The notes under the pieces were generated by a model that worked only from the letters and a program-made list of their open reading frames with translations, did not search any database and had not been told where the DNA came from. From Chrysomallon squamiferum (lineage: Eukaryota > Animalia > Mollusca), in NCBI GenBank assembly GCA_012295275.1, contig CM022668.1, forward strand, positions 12,586,001-12,650,000: a DNA stretch of 64,000 nt, read 5' to 3'. Shown piece by piece: positions 1 through 13,461 of the stretch (positions are counted from its first letter, which is position 1; each line of letters starts with the position of its first letter). The translations under genes and the position numbers were made by a program.

Positions 1-546
1 AAAAATATCTGAGCAAATTTTTCTTTTTTGTTTCAATGTTTTGTAATTATAATTTTTCGTCTAACTGAAAAATATTACATTGAGTTATTGATTTAATTAG
101 CTTATTTACATGATTTATTGATTTGTTGTCAATTAATTTAATTATTAAAAGTTTTGTTTTTTATCGGTACACTGACTGATTTTTAAAATCCGTTTACAAT
201 ATTCAACTCAGCACATATTTCCTGTCATTCCCTTTAAAACTAAGGCACCTGTGGGCACACAGAAGCACAGTTTTACCCAGTACATTCTGCTTCATGCTTG
301 ATTCTAAATGCTTTGCTTTGCATAAACTGGGCACATGTTATTAAGAATAAACATTATAATAACCCTGGTGATGTGTATTAACATTGTTATTAACCTGGTG
401 TAATATGTAAAACATGTGACTATGAAAGGTTTATTAATTTGTATGAATATGTTTATGTGTATAATTTATAATTGGAAGTATTTAAGAAAAGGTGTATAAA
501 TAATAATATACAGCTTGTGATATGTGATATGCTGTATTTATAAATT

Positions 547-593
<47 letters not shown>

Positions 594-1599
594 CACACAG
601 ACACAGACACACCTAATATAACAGTAATATATTATTATTGATATTTATTATTAATTTTATTATTTTTAGTTTTACCATTTAAATTTAAAGCAGATTTGTC
701 ACTTTTCTCAATTAATTTTGATACTTCGTACTGGACAACAATTTCACACAGAGATAAACTAACTGACCTTTGTTTTAAAAATACAAACTGAACTTTTTGC
801 AGAATTCATTGGCTTGAGGCCAGATTGTTTTCAGAATATATCAGAAAATGTGTAATATTTGAAACAATGATGATAATGGTGGTGATGTAGTCACCTTTGT
901 TCAATGAGCTATTTAAAATACTGCAGTTCTAGTTCTGTTTTACTTGCTTCAAAACATTTTACGTAAAATTAAAAAACAAAAACAAGATGCCCTAACCTGT
1001 TGTATTATCAGTAGATACAGTAAGTGGTTATAGTTTGATGAAGTATTCATTTGTGTGAGATTAGGCAGGTTTCTTCTCTTGAATTTCAGTACCAAGTGTT
1101 GTGGTGTGTATTAGATAATAAGGGTCTAACACCAGCATGTTTTTGTGTGTACATGTGAGCTAATAGATTAAGATTAATTGTTGGTCTGTGTTAGTGTGTG
1201 TGATTTTAATGGTTACTGTTTGATAAAGAATTTCAGCGTTGTCAGCTCAAGCAAATTTGTTTTTCTTGATTTGTCTTGAGTAGTTTAACTAAACATTTTG
1301 TTTGTGTAAATGTGAAATTCAGAAAATAACAATAGTTGTATCATGGTGGTGTGTAAGTGATTGTGTGCGATTTTAATGTGAATTTGTATTTGTCAGCATG
1401 ATCTGTTGAGATAAAATGTTTTCTATACTTACATATTTAGGTCAAACTTTTATATATATTCATATTTTACAAACACCCCCCCCAGTATACATTTACAGGC
1501 ACACAATCACAACACGCACAAACTCGCACACACACTCCAAATCATACATAAGCACATGTTTACATGCTTAAATTGTAATATTTATTTATTTATTTTCAG

Positions 1600-1631
<32 letters not shown>

Positions 1632-1684
1632 ACAGACAGACACAGACACACAGCCACACACACCTGCACACAGTCATCCATTGT

Positions 1685-1800
1685 TCACCTGTTGGTACAT
1701 TTTTCATTCCATCCAAAGCCCTATAACATATTGTTTATTATCCTTTCAATGGGAAGGTCCTTCATAAATTATTCCTTATTGCTAATTGATAAATGTAGCT
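1685..1800 (+). mobile_element. Decayed fragment of the same dispersed SINE-like repeat
   Basis: TCCT...CATAAATTATTCCTTATTGCTAA aligns to TCCT...CATATAAAAGATTCCTTATTGCTAA at 8502-8544. Confidence 0.35.
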
Positions 1801-3537
1801 TACTGAATAGTTGCAGTGGATGTTCTTTCATTTAATTCGCAAACAAACAAACAAACAACAAAAACTTATTTTAAATGTAATTTTTTTTTTTTTACTATAT
1901 TACGAAAATCTTCAGATATTTATCAGGAGTTTATGAGTCAGATGATTCTAGTAATAGCATTTCTTGACCTACTGACCTATTTGTTGAATCGGGCTTTTAC
2001 TTCCTGACTGCAATTGCTGCAACCATGCAGACGATTTCATGACTTTTTTCTTTATTCACAGCTCATTAATATTTATGAGCTAATTTTACACAGTCAACAT
2101 TAAGCATGAGCTTCATAAAATTGCTTTTTGATGACATAAAAAAAAAAAAAAAAAAAATGATAAATTTTATCTGCAACAGCTGTTATCCTTGGTTTGACTT
2201 TTAATAAATAATTTATTGCCAGTTAATTAAACTGTTGACTGAATAATTAACTTTTAGATATTTTATAGGCGGGGAAACATTAATTTCATGGAAAATGAAA
2301 TGATAATAAAAAAATAATAAAGTTAATGGATGGTACATACACAAACAGAATGGAAAGAATAATGGATTTAGTTTGTAATTGAATTTGGTTTGAAATGGTT
2401 TCTCCATTATTTGCGTTGAACAGGAAAATGTGGTAAACAGGTTTATCAGTTATCATCTGGATTAATACATTCACAATAAAAGATTTGCTTTAAAGTCTGT
2501 AGATTTTTCAGAGGTGTCTGAAGTTCAGAATTAACCTCTTACATTACATAACAGCAGAAAGGCTTTTAATCCAGTATCCAAAGAGTCAGAGTACAATGTT
2601 TTGTACCCAGGTTGTTCAGTTTGTAAAGCTTTGACTGGTTAAAATAAATTAAAAGGACATCCTTTATTTCACTGCAGCTTAGACTTGGGATATTGCTACT
2701 GTGTGTTTGGCCAGTCTAAGGGTTAAATTTATAACAGGATCTAAGATGAGGTAGATACATCATCAATGAATAGTATATATCTAGTATGAGATGTAGCAAC
2801 AATCTAGATGTAATACATGTTGTTTTTTAATGTAACAGTATAACATATAGACCTTATACAGTAAAGAAAAACAATCTGTAAAATGACATTACACCATATA
2901 CAAAATAGCACACAAGCCACATAAAATAAACAAAATAACACACAGACCATATATAATATTCAGAATAATACACAAACCATATACACTATACAAAACAACA
3001 CCATATGCAATATGCAAAACAACATCAGACCATATGCAATATATAATATAACAGACCTTGTACAATATAATCTGTAAATAACATGAAGTAAACAAAAGAG
3101 CACACGAGAATATTCTAGACATCAATGTTACGCAATAACAAAAACATTTCGATCCTGATCTGACCTGACCTGACCTGGCCTGACATAATATCAGTAATAA
3201 ATAAATATAACTGGGTGACTTTCACCTTGGTGCAGAAGACCCATCATCACAAACTGTTGTGTTGATGATTTATAGCTTCTGCGTAGTTTAATTAGTGGAG
3301 TGATATCTGCGATAAACACGTCTTCAGATAACAGAACCAAGTTAAAGTCCTGTTTGTCGGACAGTTTGTGTGTACCTGTGTCTGTGTGCGTAGTTTCTAG
3401 AAGACTGATCATTGGTCAGGTGTTAACGATCCATGGATGTTAAATGTTGTACTAGTGTGAGAAATTAAATGGAGATAAAAAAAAATTTACGAATTCTTTA
3501 TTTTTTATTTATTTATTTTTTATGGGGTGTATTTATG

Positions 3538-3578
<41 letters not shown>

Positions 3579-4662
3579 TTTTAATAACAGTGGGTGTTTT
3601 GAATATTAAAAAATAACAATTTTTATAATATTTCTTAGTCTGGTTTATATATTTGTTTGTGTTTATAGTTTGGTGTATGTATGTGTGTGCATGTGTTTAT
3701 GTAAGTATGTATGCGTGTTTGTATGTATGTATGTGTGTGTAAAATGTGTATGTAATGTGTGTGTGTGTGTGTCTGTGTGAATGAATGTGTGTATTATTAT
3801 TGTATATTTGTACATATAGTTGTAACATGATACTCTATTGTTTTCTCTTGAGACAAAGTTCAATTATTGAAGTTTTATCACCGACCAAATAACCTATAAT
3901 AAATGTGCCAAATCCTAGAGCTAAACGTGCAGAATATCATGAATAAACATCGATTCAAGTTGTATGAATGTGCTGTAAGTGAATGACTGAATATATTAGA
4001 TATATATAGATAGATAGATAGATGTTATTCATATTGTCGATGAATCACTTGTTTGCATAATACACAAACTATCTGTATGTATATAGGTTCTGTGTGTGTG
4101 TGTGTGTGTGTGTGTATGTTTGTGTGTGTGTGTGTGTGTTTGTGTGAGTGTGTGTGTGTGTGTTGGTTGATTAGTGTGTTAATGTGTTTTACTATTTGTG
4201 TGTTTTTTCTCTATGTATGTGCATGCATGCCTGCATTACACTTTGTTTGGGATCTAAAGGTGTTTTACTATTAAAAAATTTTTTTTTTTTAAATTATATC
4301 TTGGGGAAAGTATTACATTTGATTAAGTTTTACAAAAGCTGTAATGTAAGTACTTAGAGGCAGCATTCATTAAAAAGCACATAACACATTTATCATACTA
4401 TCACGCATACACACCACATGCACACATAAACATACGCATACAGAGATACACATACTTGCACATACAACATACATGCAGATAGACTTTGACTGATAAAGGG
4501 CCAAAGATAAGGTAATTAATTTACCAAACAAAAAAAACCTATAGTTGGCTATAACTAAGATATACTAATATTACACATCATTAATGTATGCATTTGTTTA
4601 GAATTTCTTTCTGTAAACAATGAACACAGAAAACTTTCTATTGATAATTATATATATGTATG

Positions 4663-4697
<35 letters not shown>

Positions 4698-5346
4698 GTA
4701 TGTATGTGTGTATGTATGTATGTGTGTGTATGTGTGTGTATGTGTATATATATACATTTTAAATATTTCATTTGAAATGTGATGAACAATCCACAAAATT
4801 TTTAAAAATATTCTTTAAACCTTTGATTAACATATTCATGGAATTCATTGTTTTTTACCAGTTTTATGCTGCATCATTACTTTGGTATGTTGGAGCATTC
4901 TTACACATTTTATCAAGCTAATGAATTCTGCAATTATATAACTGGACATAAAAAATTAAAACTGACATGAAAAAATAAAGTGACAAATCTGTTTGGAAGT
5001 AAATTGTTATGAATGATTGCTACAGATTAAGGAATTTCATACTAGCAAATAACCTATATATATATATATATAATAGTGTCTGTGTGTACACACATGTATT
5101 TTATGTAACAGACACACACATGCACTCATACACAGATACATATGTATAGCTACAATATAATGAAAATACATTATTAATGAAAATATTATAAATATTTTGA
5201 AACATAATTAAATTTAAATAATTTGTTATAAATTAGTATAAACCTGAGGATTATTTTAACTAATATTTATTTATTGTTTCGACTGAGATGAAAGTACAAT
5301 AATTCAAACTGAAAAATAATTTGTTTTAATGATTTTAAATTTGCAG

Positions 5347-6713
5347 GGTGCTTCTCCTTCATGGTGGAATCACATGCACTACCAACACCATGCCAAACCC
5401 AATGTGGTATGTACTGCCTTGTATTTAATTTACAGTTGGAATAATCTTGTTTGACATTTTATATTTGTTTCTTGTTAAATTATATTGATGTTTCAAGATG
5501 TTTTGTTTTGATTTTTAGGTGTTATTTTTATTTATTTATTTTTACTTAATAAATATATATATATATTTCTATTAAAACTCTTCTTTTTTCTGTTTGAAAT
5601 GTAAAATATATTTTATTTTATTTTATTTTATTACAATTTAACAGTTTTATTTTTCTTTTCTACAGAAAATGGATTGGTCAATTCTTATTATTATTACTGT
5701 TACTATGATTATTATTGTTGTTGTTGCTGCTGTTGTTTTTGTTTTTATTATAAAAAGTGTTTGATGACATTCATATGTTTCTTTGAAAATCTAGCATAAG
5801 TTTCAGTTTTCCTTTACATTAAGCATTTAAAAAAAAAAACACAAAAAAAAACACAAACTTTTTTTGGGGGATTTATTTTCAGATTGGGAAAGATCCTGAT
5901 GTGAGGATAGAGAAGCTGTTTGTTGTTGGAAAAATAATGCCTGTTGAGGTAAAAATTTATTATTAAATAAAATGTTTGACAAAGAACAGTATGTTTTTTC
6001 TTTCTTGCCCATTATTTTCAAGCAATAAGATCAGTTTTATTTGTAATCTTTTCATGAAAATGGGCAATAAAATGTAAAAAAAATATTTTTTTCAATTTTT
6101 CAAACATTTATGATTCACGAAGGTTTGCTGCAAAATAAGTAATATATGAATATTATGAATATATTGGTGCCAGGAAATTTAGAGAATGAATTCAGTGTGT
6201 GATTTATGACAATCTGTTGAAAATTTAATTTAACTGAATATGTTAATACTAAAATATATATAAATTTTAAATATATTTTTATATAGGTTGTCGTATTTAT
6301 TTTTAAACTAAAATATATATAAATAGAACCATTTTATTTATTTAGTTATCTCTTTAATTTGAGTAACATATTTTTTAAATGTAAAACTAATTTTATTTAT
6401 TTTATTAGATTGCAAAAAGCAAATCAGGAGGAAGCATGCCGTACAACTGGCAACACAGATATTTCTTTATAAGTAAGATTTGTTTTTTTTTTTCTCATTT
6501 CTAATTACTATTCTTACTTCCTACGTAATTATTTTTATATGAATACAAGTTTCATAATAAAACTGACAACAGCACCAGTTAAATAAAGGATATTGAAATT
6601 TCACTGTTCATTCACCGTTTTATATATATATATATATATGCTGCTGTAATACTGCATTGTTTATTTCAGGATCATTTAGCATTGTTTATCATTATATATT
6701 AAATGTTCTGTTA

Positions 6714-6745
<32 letters not shown>

Positions 6746-8810
6746 TTTTATTTTATTTTATTTTATTTTCAGTTGGGCCACCACTTCTGTTCCCGGTGTA
6801 TTTCCAGATTATGCTTTTCAGACATATATTTACAAGAAAGTTGTGGTTGGTAAGTATCGTTTTATATATATATATATATTGGTAATAGAAACTAGATATT
6901 TATTTCATCCTTGACTGTTAATTTGGGAGTGGGGGAGTGAAAAACAGAATTAAAGTGTAGTTTTATATTTTTATTCAATTCTTGATTTTATTTGCAGATT
7001 TGTTATTTATTTATAGTTATTGTTATAATTATTATCATTGAATCATTACTGATACTATTTTCATTATTATTTAAAGTTATTACTGTTACTAGCACCATTA
7101 TTATTATTATTATAATTAGTACTACTGTTATCATTACTACTATTGTTATCATTATTTTTATTATTATTATTACTACCACTATTAATACTATTGTTATTAT
7201 TAATTATTATTTATATTTTATTATAACCATTACTACTATTACTACTACTATTATTAATACTATGTTATTTTCATTATTATTATTATTACTTGTATTACTG
7301 TTACTACTATTTCTGCTGCTACTACTATAACTACTATTACTACTATTGTTATTATTATTAAAGTGTTATTACTTTCATTACTACCATTATTACAATTACG
7401 ATTATTATTATTATTATTAATATTGTTACTACTTCTACTATTAATACTATTTTTGTTACTATTTTCAGGATTTGGCTGTGGTGATTGCATTCTTTATAAA
7501 GTTTTTCTACTTGTATGCTCCTTTACTGGGCTTTGGTGGAGCAGTTGCTTACTACTTCACCTTCAGGTACCGTTTGTTTCAAATTTAACATATCTATGCA
7601 TGTGTGTGTGTGTGTGTGTCTATATATAATATATGTACATGGGTGTGTGTGTGTGTGTGTGTGTAAATATATATTACAGATTCACAAATGTGTATTATAT
7701 TTCAAAGCAGTTTATTAGTTTTGTTATTTATTGCAATTTCATAACTGAAAAAAACATTGTTGGAATTTTAGTATTCACAATTTACTCTGAATTCAGTTAA
7801 AATTATTTCTGATTAAATTATATATATTTTTTTTATTTTATTTCCTGGCTTTAATTTCATTATAGTTACTATTAATAACATTGCTGTCACTTCAAGTTGT
7901 TTGAAAGCATCTGATTCACGTAATTTAATTTCATTATAGTTGCTATTAAATAACACTGTCGTCACTTCAGGTTGTTTGAAAGCATGTGGTTCACCTGGGT
8001 TTCCCAATCCAACCACATCCCCATGGAGATCAAGCATGAGGAAGATGAGCCGTGGGTGATTGCACAGCTTCGTGCATCATGCAACGTCGAGCCGTCGTTC
8101 TTCAACGACTGGTTCACCGGACATCTCAACTTTCAGATTGAGCATCAGTGAGCTACATTTTTCAGATTATAAATCTTAATTTTAATTTTTAAAACTGTTC
8201 CGATTTCGGATTTGCAAGTGTAGTGTATATAATGGTTAAAATGTGTAATTTAAATTTAGAAAATAACATTAAATTTTGTTTTAATTTTTGTTATGAATAT
8301 GAAAATAAAAAAACTCTCTGTCTCTGTTTCTCACTCCCTTTCTCCATCTCTCTTCTCTTCTCTTCCTCTCTTTTTGCTTTCTTTCTCCTTCTGTCTCTCA
8401 TCTTTATCCCCTTTCTCCTACTCCCTATGTCTTTTTCTACTTCATACCTATTCACCATTCTGACAGTACCTCAAGTTCATCAAAAACCATGTATGTACTT
8501 TCCTGACTGTTGAAGTCTGCATATAAAAGATTCCTTATTGCTAACTGCATAACATCAATAGGTTTCCTCTCGTGTGTAGATTAAACAGTGGTTTTATTTC
8601 ACCTTATTTTTCAGCCTGTTTCCTACAATGCCCAGACACAATCTGCACAAAATCACACCACTGGTGAAATCTATGTGTGAAAAACACGGCTTGGAGTTCA
8701 AAACCAAAACTCTGTACAGGGCATTTGCTGACATCGTCAAGTGAGTATTCTTGTATATATATCCTTGTAAGTATCCTAGTATGTGTTATTGTTTATATCC
8801 TTGTAAGTAT

Positions 8811-8854
<44 letters not shown>

Positions 8855-9033
8855 TTGTATCCTAGTATGTTTTGTTTGTATCCTAGTATGTATCCTTGTT
8901 TCTAACCTTGTAAGTATCCTAGTATGTATTATTGCTGTTTATATCCTTGTAAGTATCCTAGTATGTATTCTCGTATATATATATATCCTTGTATCCTAGT
9001 ATGTATTGTTTATCTTTGTATCCTAGTATTCTC

Positions 9034-9067
<34 letters not shown>

Positions 9068-9345
9068 TTGTAAGTATCCTAGTATGTATTCTTGTTTCTA
9101 ACCTTGTAAGTATCCTAGTATGTATTCTTGTATGTATCCTAGTATGTATTTTTGTGTCTGTAAAAACAAAATTTGATTCTTGGTTTACAATGATATTGAC
9201 TTATTAATGTAACATGTATAGTGTTGAAATTTATGGTGTTCTGTTTTCGTATTTCAAAATTATTTTTTAATCTTTACTTTTCAGGACACTTGAGCATTCA
9301 GGACAACTTTGGTATTCCACGTACAAGGCTTACCACAGTTCCTAA
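5347..9345 (+). CDS. Front-end fatty acyl desaturase (FADS1/2 family, probably delta-5-like); 3' eight coding exons only, with the cytochrome b5 domain and first His box upstream of the window
   Basis: Exons 5347-5406, 5883-5948, 6409-6472, 6773-6849, 7469-7566, 7971-8147, 8615-8740, 9285-9345; all AG/GT flanked and phase-compatible. Translation [27 protein letters not shown]...[24 protein letters not shown]...[17 protein letters not shown]...[33 protein letters not shown]...[15 protein letters not shown]. It has the HxxHH and QxxHH boxes of front-end desaturases. Regiospecificity cannot be read from sequence. Confidence 0.95.
8470..8575 (+). mobile_element. Decayed fragment of a dispersed SINE-like repeat
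   Basis: Shares ATTCCTTATTGCTAA and flanking similarity with 1690-1800. Related ATTTCCCATTCTA pieces occur at ~17397 and ~23123. Family assignment is from recollection only. Confidence 0.4.
8741..9150 (+). repeat. Degenerate minisatellite (core ATATCCTTGTAAGTATCCTAGTATG) interleaved with (AT)n in the last FADS intron
   Basis: Six GTAAGTAT copies (8767, 8803, 8910, 8949, 9070, 9106) and six ATATCCTT copies (8759, 8795, 8849, 8941, 8983, 9062). Confidence 0.9.
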
Positions 9346-12258
9346 TCGAACTCCAGAGACAAAAACATCCTCTGCTTTTAAGACTGTTTGGTTTAGACAC
9401 CCCAGTTTGTGACAGAATTAAAAAAAAAAAAAAAAAAAAAAAAAACTTAGTTTATAATCTTGCCCTATGTTTCATCAAAGCTATTAGTATCATATAATTT
9501 ATAATGTAGCTAGACAGATGTATGATGTTTGATGTTTTTTCTTAACTTTTTTTTTTCTTTAAACATTTTTGCGACTTTTGCACCCAGTAATTTTTCATTT
9601 GAAAAAAGTTTTTACACACATTGGATTTGTATTTTTGTAAATTTATATTGATGTTGACAAAAATCGTCCATGAATGATATGAGGTTTTTTTTCTAACTTG
9701 ATGAAAGTGTGTAACTTTGGGAACAAATTAAAGAGTAACTTAAATATTTTTTAAAAATTATTATTATTACTTTTCTAAAAAAAATTTGGTAGAATTTCTT
9801 GAACTTTTGAATGTATGTTATTACTCCGAAAGAATGAGTGAATGATTTTTTTTTTATTATTATTATTTAATGTACATTTTTGTACACTGATTTATAAAAT
9901 CATAAAAAAAAAATTAATCAGTCTGTTACTAACAACACATAAGGCTAATATTTTATTTTTATTTTTAATTTTTCCTTATTATAATTATACTTAGATCTCT
10001 TAAAATTAATTTTTTTCTTGCTATTTTCCCAGTGCTATTTTTTTATATATAGAGAATTGATCATGTTTCAGATTTCATCATTGTAATGTTTTTCAATTCT
10101 GGGCTGCAAAAGTAAAACAAAAAAATCATGGAAAAAAAAAATGTATATATTATTAGCAAATTGAATTTAATTTTTTCCAAAATCGACAAATTATAAAATT
10201 AGGCTATTTTATAATTTATTGATGAATCACGCATGTTTTGAAGATTTGAGAACTCTTTTTTCTTTCTTTTTTCATATAAACAAATGATTTTGTGTTGCAA
10301 GTTTATGTTCCTGACTACTAAATTTCGTTTTTAGCAAATAAAAATTGATAATAAAATAAACATCAAAATTCCAGAAGCCGGTAGTTTTTGAATGAAAAAT
10401 ATATATATTTGTTAATGTAAACAGTCTGTTGATGGATTGAGAAAATGTTTTCATTGTTCAGTATATATATTTTTTTTTGATAAATATATTTATATATATA
10501 TATAACCTTGAGGTGTGAGTTAAAAATGTTGTGATAAAAAAATGTGTTGTATTTAAAATAAATAAATTTCTTCTTTTCCCCGATTATTTAGGTGCTTATG
10601 TGTTAGTGTGTTTTTTTCTCTTTTTTTTTTTTTAAACATGTTGTCATTGGTAACCGAAATCATGAATGTTTAATGTTGTAGCATTTTAGAGAGGAAAAGA
10701 AAATTCCAGATTTAAGTACATGCAATACGCAAATTTAATACACACCGGTGATTAGTTTGTTTAAGCATTTTTTTAATAGAAATGTTTTTTTTTTTTTTTT
10801 TTTTTCTTCTTCTTTATTATTACAAAAGAATAGACTGATATAATTTGTAGTTGGAACTTGCAATTACAATTAGTTAAATTTTTATTTTTTTATATTATTA
10901 CTATTATTTTAGTTAAATCATTGTTTTGTATAGTTACATTTCATAATATGAAAATGATTACATTTTTTTTTTTATTAGTTTATTAGTTTTCTGTTCAATT
11001 AAATTTTTATTTAATTAGAATTAATAATTTATTTTCCATTATTAAATTAAATGAAAACAGTAATATGGGTATAAAGATTTTTGATATTTAATTGTTAGTA
11101 TATTTGTAATTGTATCAAACGGGTACCTATAGTTTATTTCCTATAATATAATGTTTTTAAAAAAAAAAAAAAAATTGTATTATTAGAATGAACAAACTGT
11201 TAAAATTAATTTAATTCAAACAGAATTATCAGAAGTTTATCACATCAGAATTTATTCCTAAAAATTATCTTTATTAAATTTCTAATGAATGTTAAATAAA
11301 TTGAAACTGTTATAGTTGTCAAACTTTCAAACCTTAAATGTTTTATCATGTCAAATGGAGATCTATAATGAGTCTTAAGAAGTCAATAAAATACACAGAA
11401 TATTAAAATTAATAATCATGTAATTAATTATATTAAATGGGTACTTTGTGAGATGTATATTTTTCTGACTGCAATTAAACACTGGACATTTTTCTTTGTT
11501 GTTTTTCTTTTCAGTATTTAAAAACCACACCTCATACAGCAGGAATAACTAATAAATATTTTATCTACAAATTTTAAATATTATCCCTACAGATATATAA
11601 AATATTACAATTTTAGAGGGCACATTTGGGGTCTTTGGATAAACTGACATTGTGAAAAGCATGTTATCGCAAGAACTTTATATTCATATTAAAGATTGCC
11701 AAGAGGAAGTTCTCAAATGTAATTTACATAAATGTGATTAAATAAACTATCATGATTTCAGCATAGTTAAATTTTTTGTATCATTTAATCAGTTGAAACA
11801 ACAATTTAAATGTGTCATGAAAAGGCAAATCCTTTATTCATAAATGTGAACAGCAGATTTCTTTATTTTTTTTTTTTTTACTACTATTTAGCCAAAAATC
11901 AATAGTTTGATAATTTTGAGATGAGGAAAATTCTTCATGAAAATGGATGAAAATAAATATTTAAAAATTTTTTTTAATCTCAATTTCAGATGTCTTATAT
12001 CTAAAAAAAAGAAACCCCCAAAATTTACTTAAAAATAACTATTGCAGTAAAAATTAAAAACTCCAATGAGAAATGGCACTTTAGTGACTTCTAAAATTAA
12101 TCACTTTGAAATAGTTGTATATTCTCGCAAACACACTTAAACAGCAAACCAACAGATACAGACAATTTCTACATCAGTAAAGATTTATTTCTTCAAACTT
12201 TTTACATTTCATTTTTATCAAAAAGGAAGGGGGAAATCAAAAATCTTTCGTCCTCACC

Positions 12259-12302
<44 letters not shown>

Positions 12303-12540
12303 TCATGCTGAGATAATTTTCAGCACCTATCAAACATCCATAAATTCATTTTGTGCCAGCTTTTATATTAAAAACAACAACAATAATAATATTTCACCTT
12401 ATCTTTGTCATTTTTTCATATCTAGAAGGCTTCAAAAAAACAGAATCGTTGAGTCATGATTTGGGATGTGTCATCTGCCCGATACATATGCAAATAATGA
12501 TGGGTAATGGGTAATAATAATAATAAAGTCTAAAAGGAAA

Positions 12541-12850
12541 TCAGTTTTCCAGAAATGATACATAATCCGTTAGAACAGCTAATTGGTGTTCACTGATCAG
12601 TGGAGGACTTGGAGGAGGATCTGAAATAGAAAATAAAATGATTCAGGCACACGCAGTATGTGACAGTGGATTCGTTTTAAGTTCATGCATGCATAAACTG
12701 GGAACACTTTTCTGAAAAATTCTATCACTACAGTTAAATAGTTAAAACAAACATGGTTGATTATGATATTTATTATTATTATAATTTCTTTTTTTTTGAT
12801 TATCATACTGTCAAAATCATTATCATTATTTCATTATTATTATTTATTTA

Positions 12851-12914
<64 letters not shown>

Positions 12915-13348
12915 ATTTGAAGTATTTCAAATGCTTATTACTGTATTTTTATAAATATCTTATGATAGAAAAACTGGCCTTAATAACATACAACAATAAA
13001 AAAGTAAAAAAAGAAATGAAATATCAATACTGACACAAATTGTTTTCATAAATTGAACTTAAATAAATAAACAAATTAAAATAAATAAATAAACAAATAA
13101 AATAAATAAATAAATAAATTAAAATAAATAAATAAATAAATAAATAACATGTAACAGTCACTAACCTGGTTTTTTAGGACTAACAACTTGTGTTTTACTA
13201 TCTACTTTCCATCCCCTTGAAGAAGCAGCTGTTTGAAATAAAAAAAAATTACAAAAAATTGTAAATATGAATTTAACTGTTATTAAAACAACACTAACTG
13301 TAATATTACACACATACATATATATACACACACATATATATATATACA

Positions 13349-13390
<42 letters not shown>

Positions 13391-13420
13391 TACACATACA
13401 TAATTCATACATACATAAAC

Positions 13421-13461
<41 letters not shown>

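Noticed and set aside
3155-3184. TGACCT nuclear-receptor half-site cluster in the FADS intron
   Set aside because: A (CTGAC)n pentanucleotide repeat with overlapping half-sites, not DR-type spacing.
3255-3415. Possible C/D snoRNA (TGATGA ... CTGA)
   Set aside because: No terminal stem or recognisable rRNA-antisense element.
1-5346. Missing upstream FADS exons (HPGG, HDxGH)
   Set aside because: Not found by inspection; treated as one long intron with those exons upstream of the window.
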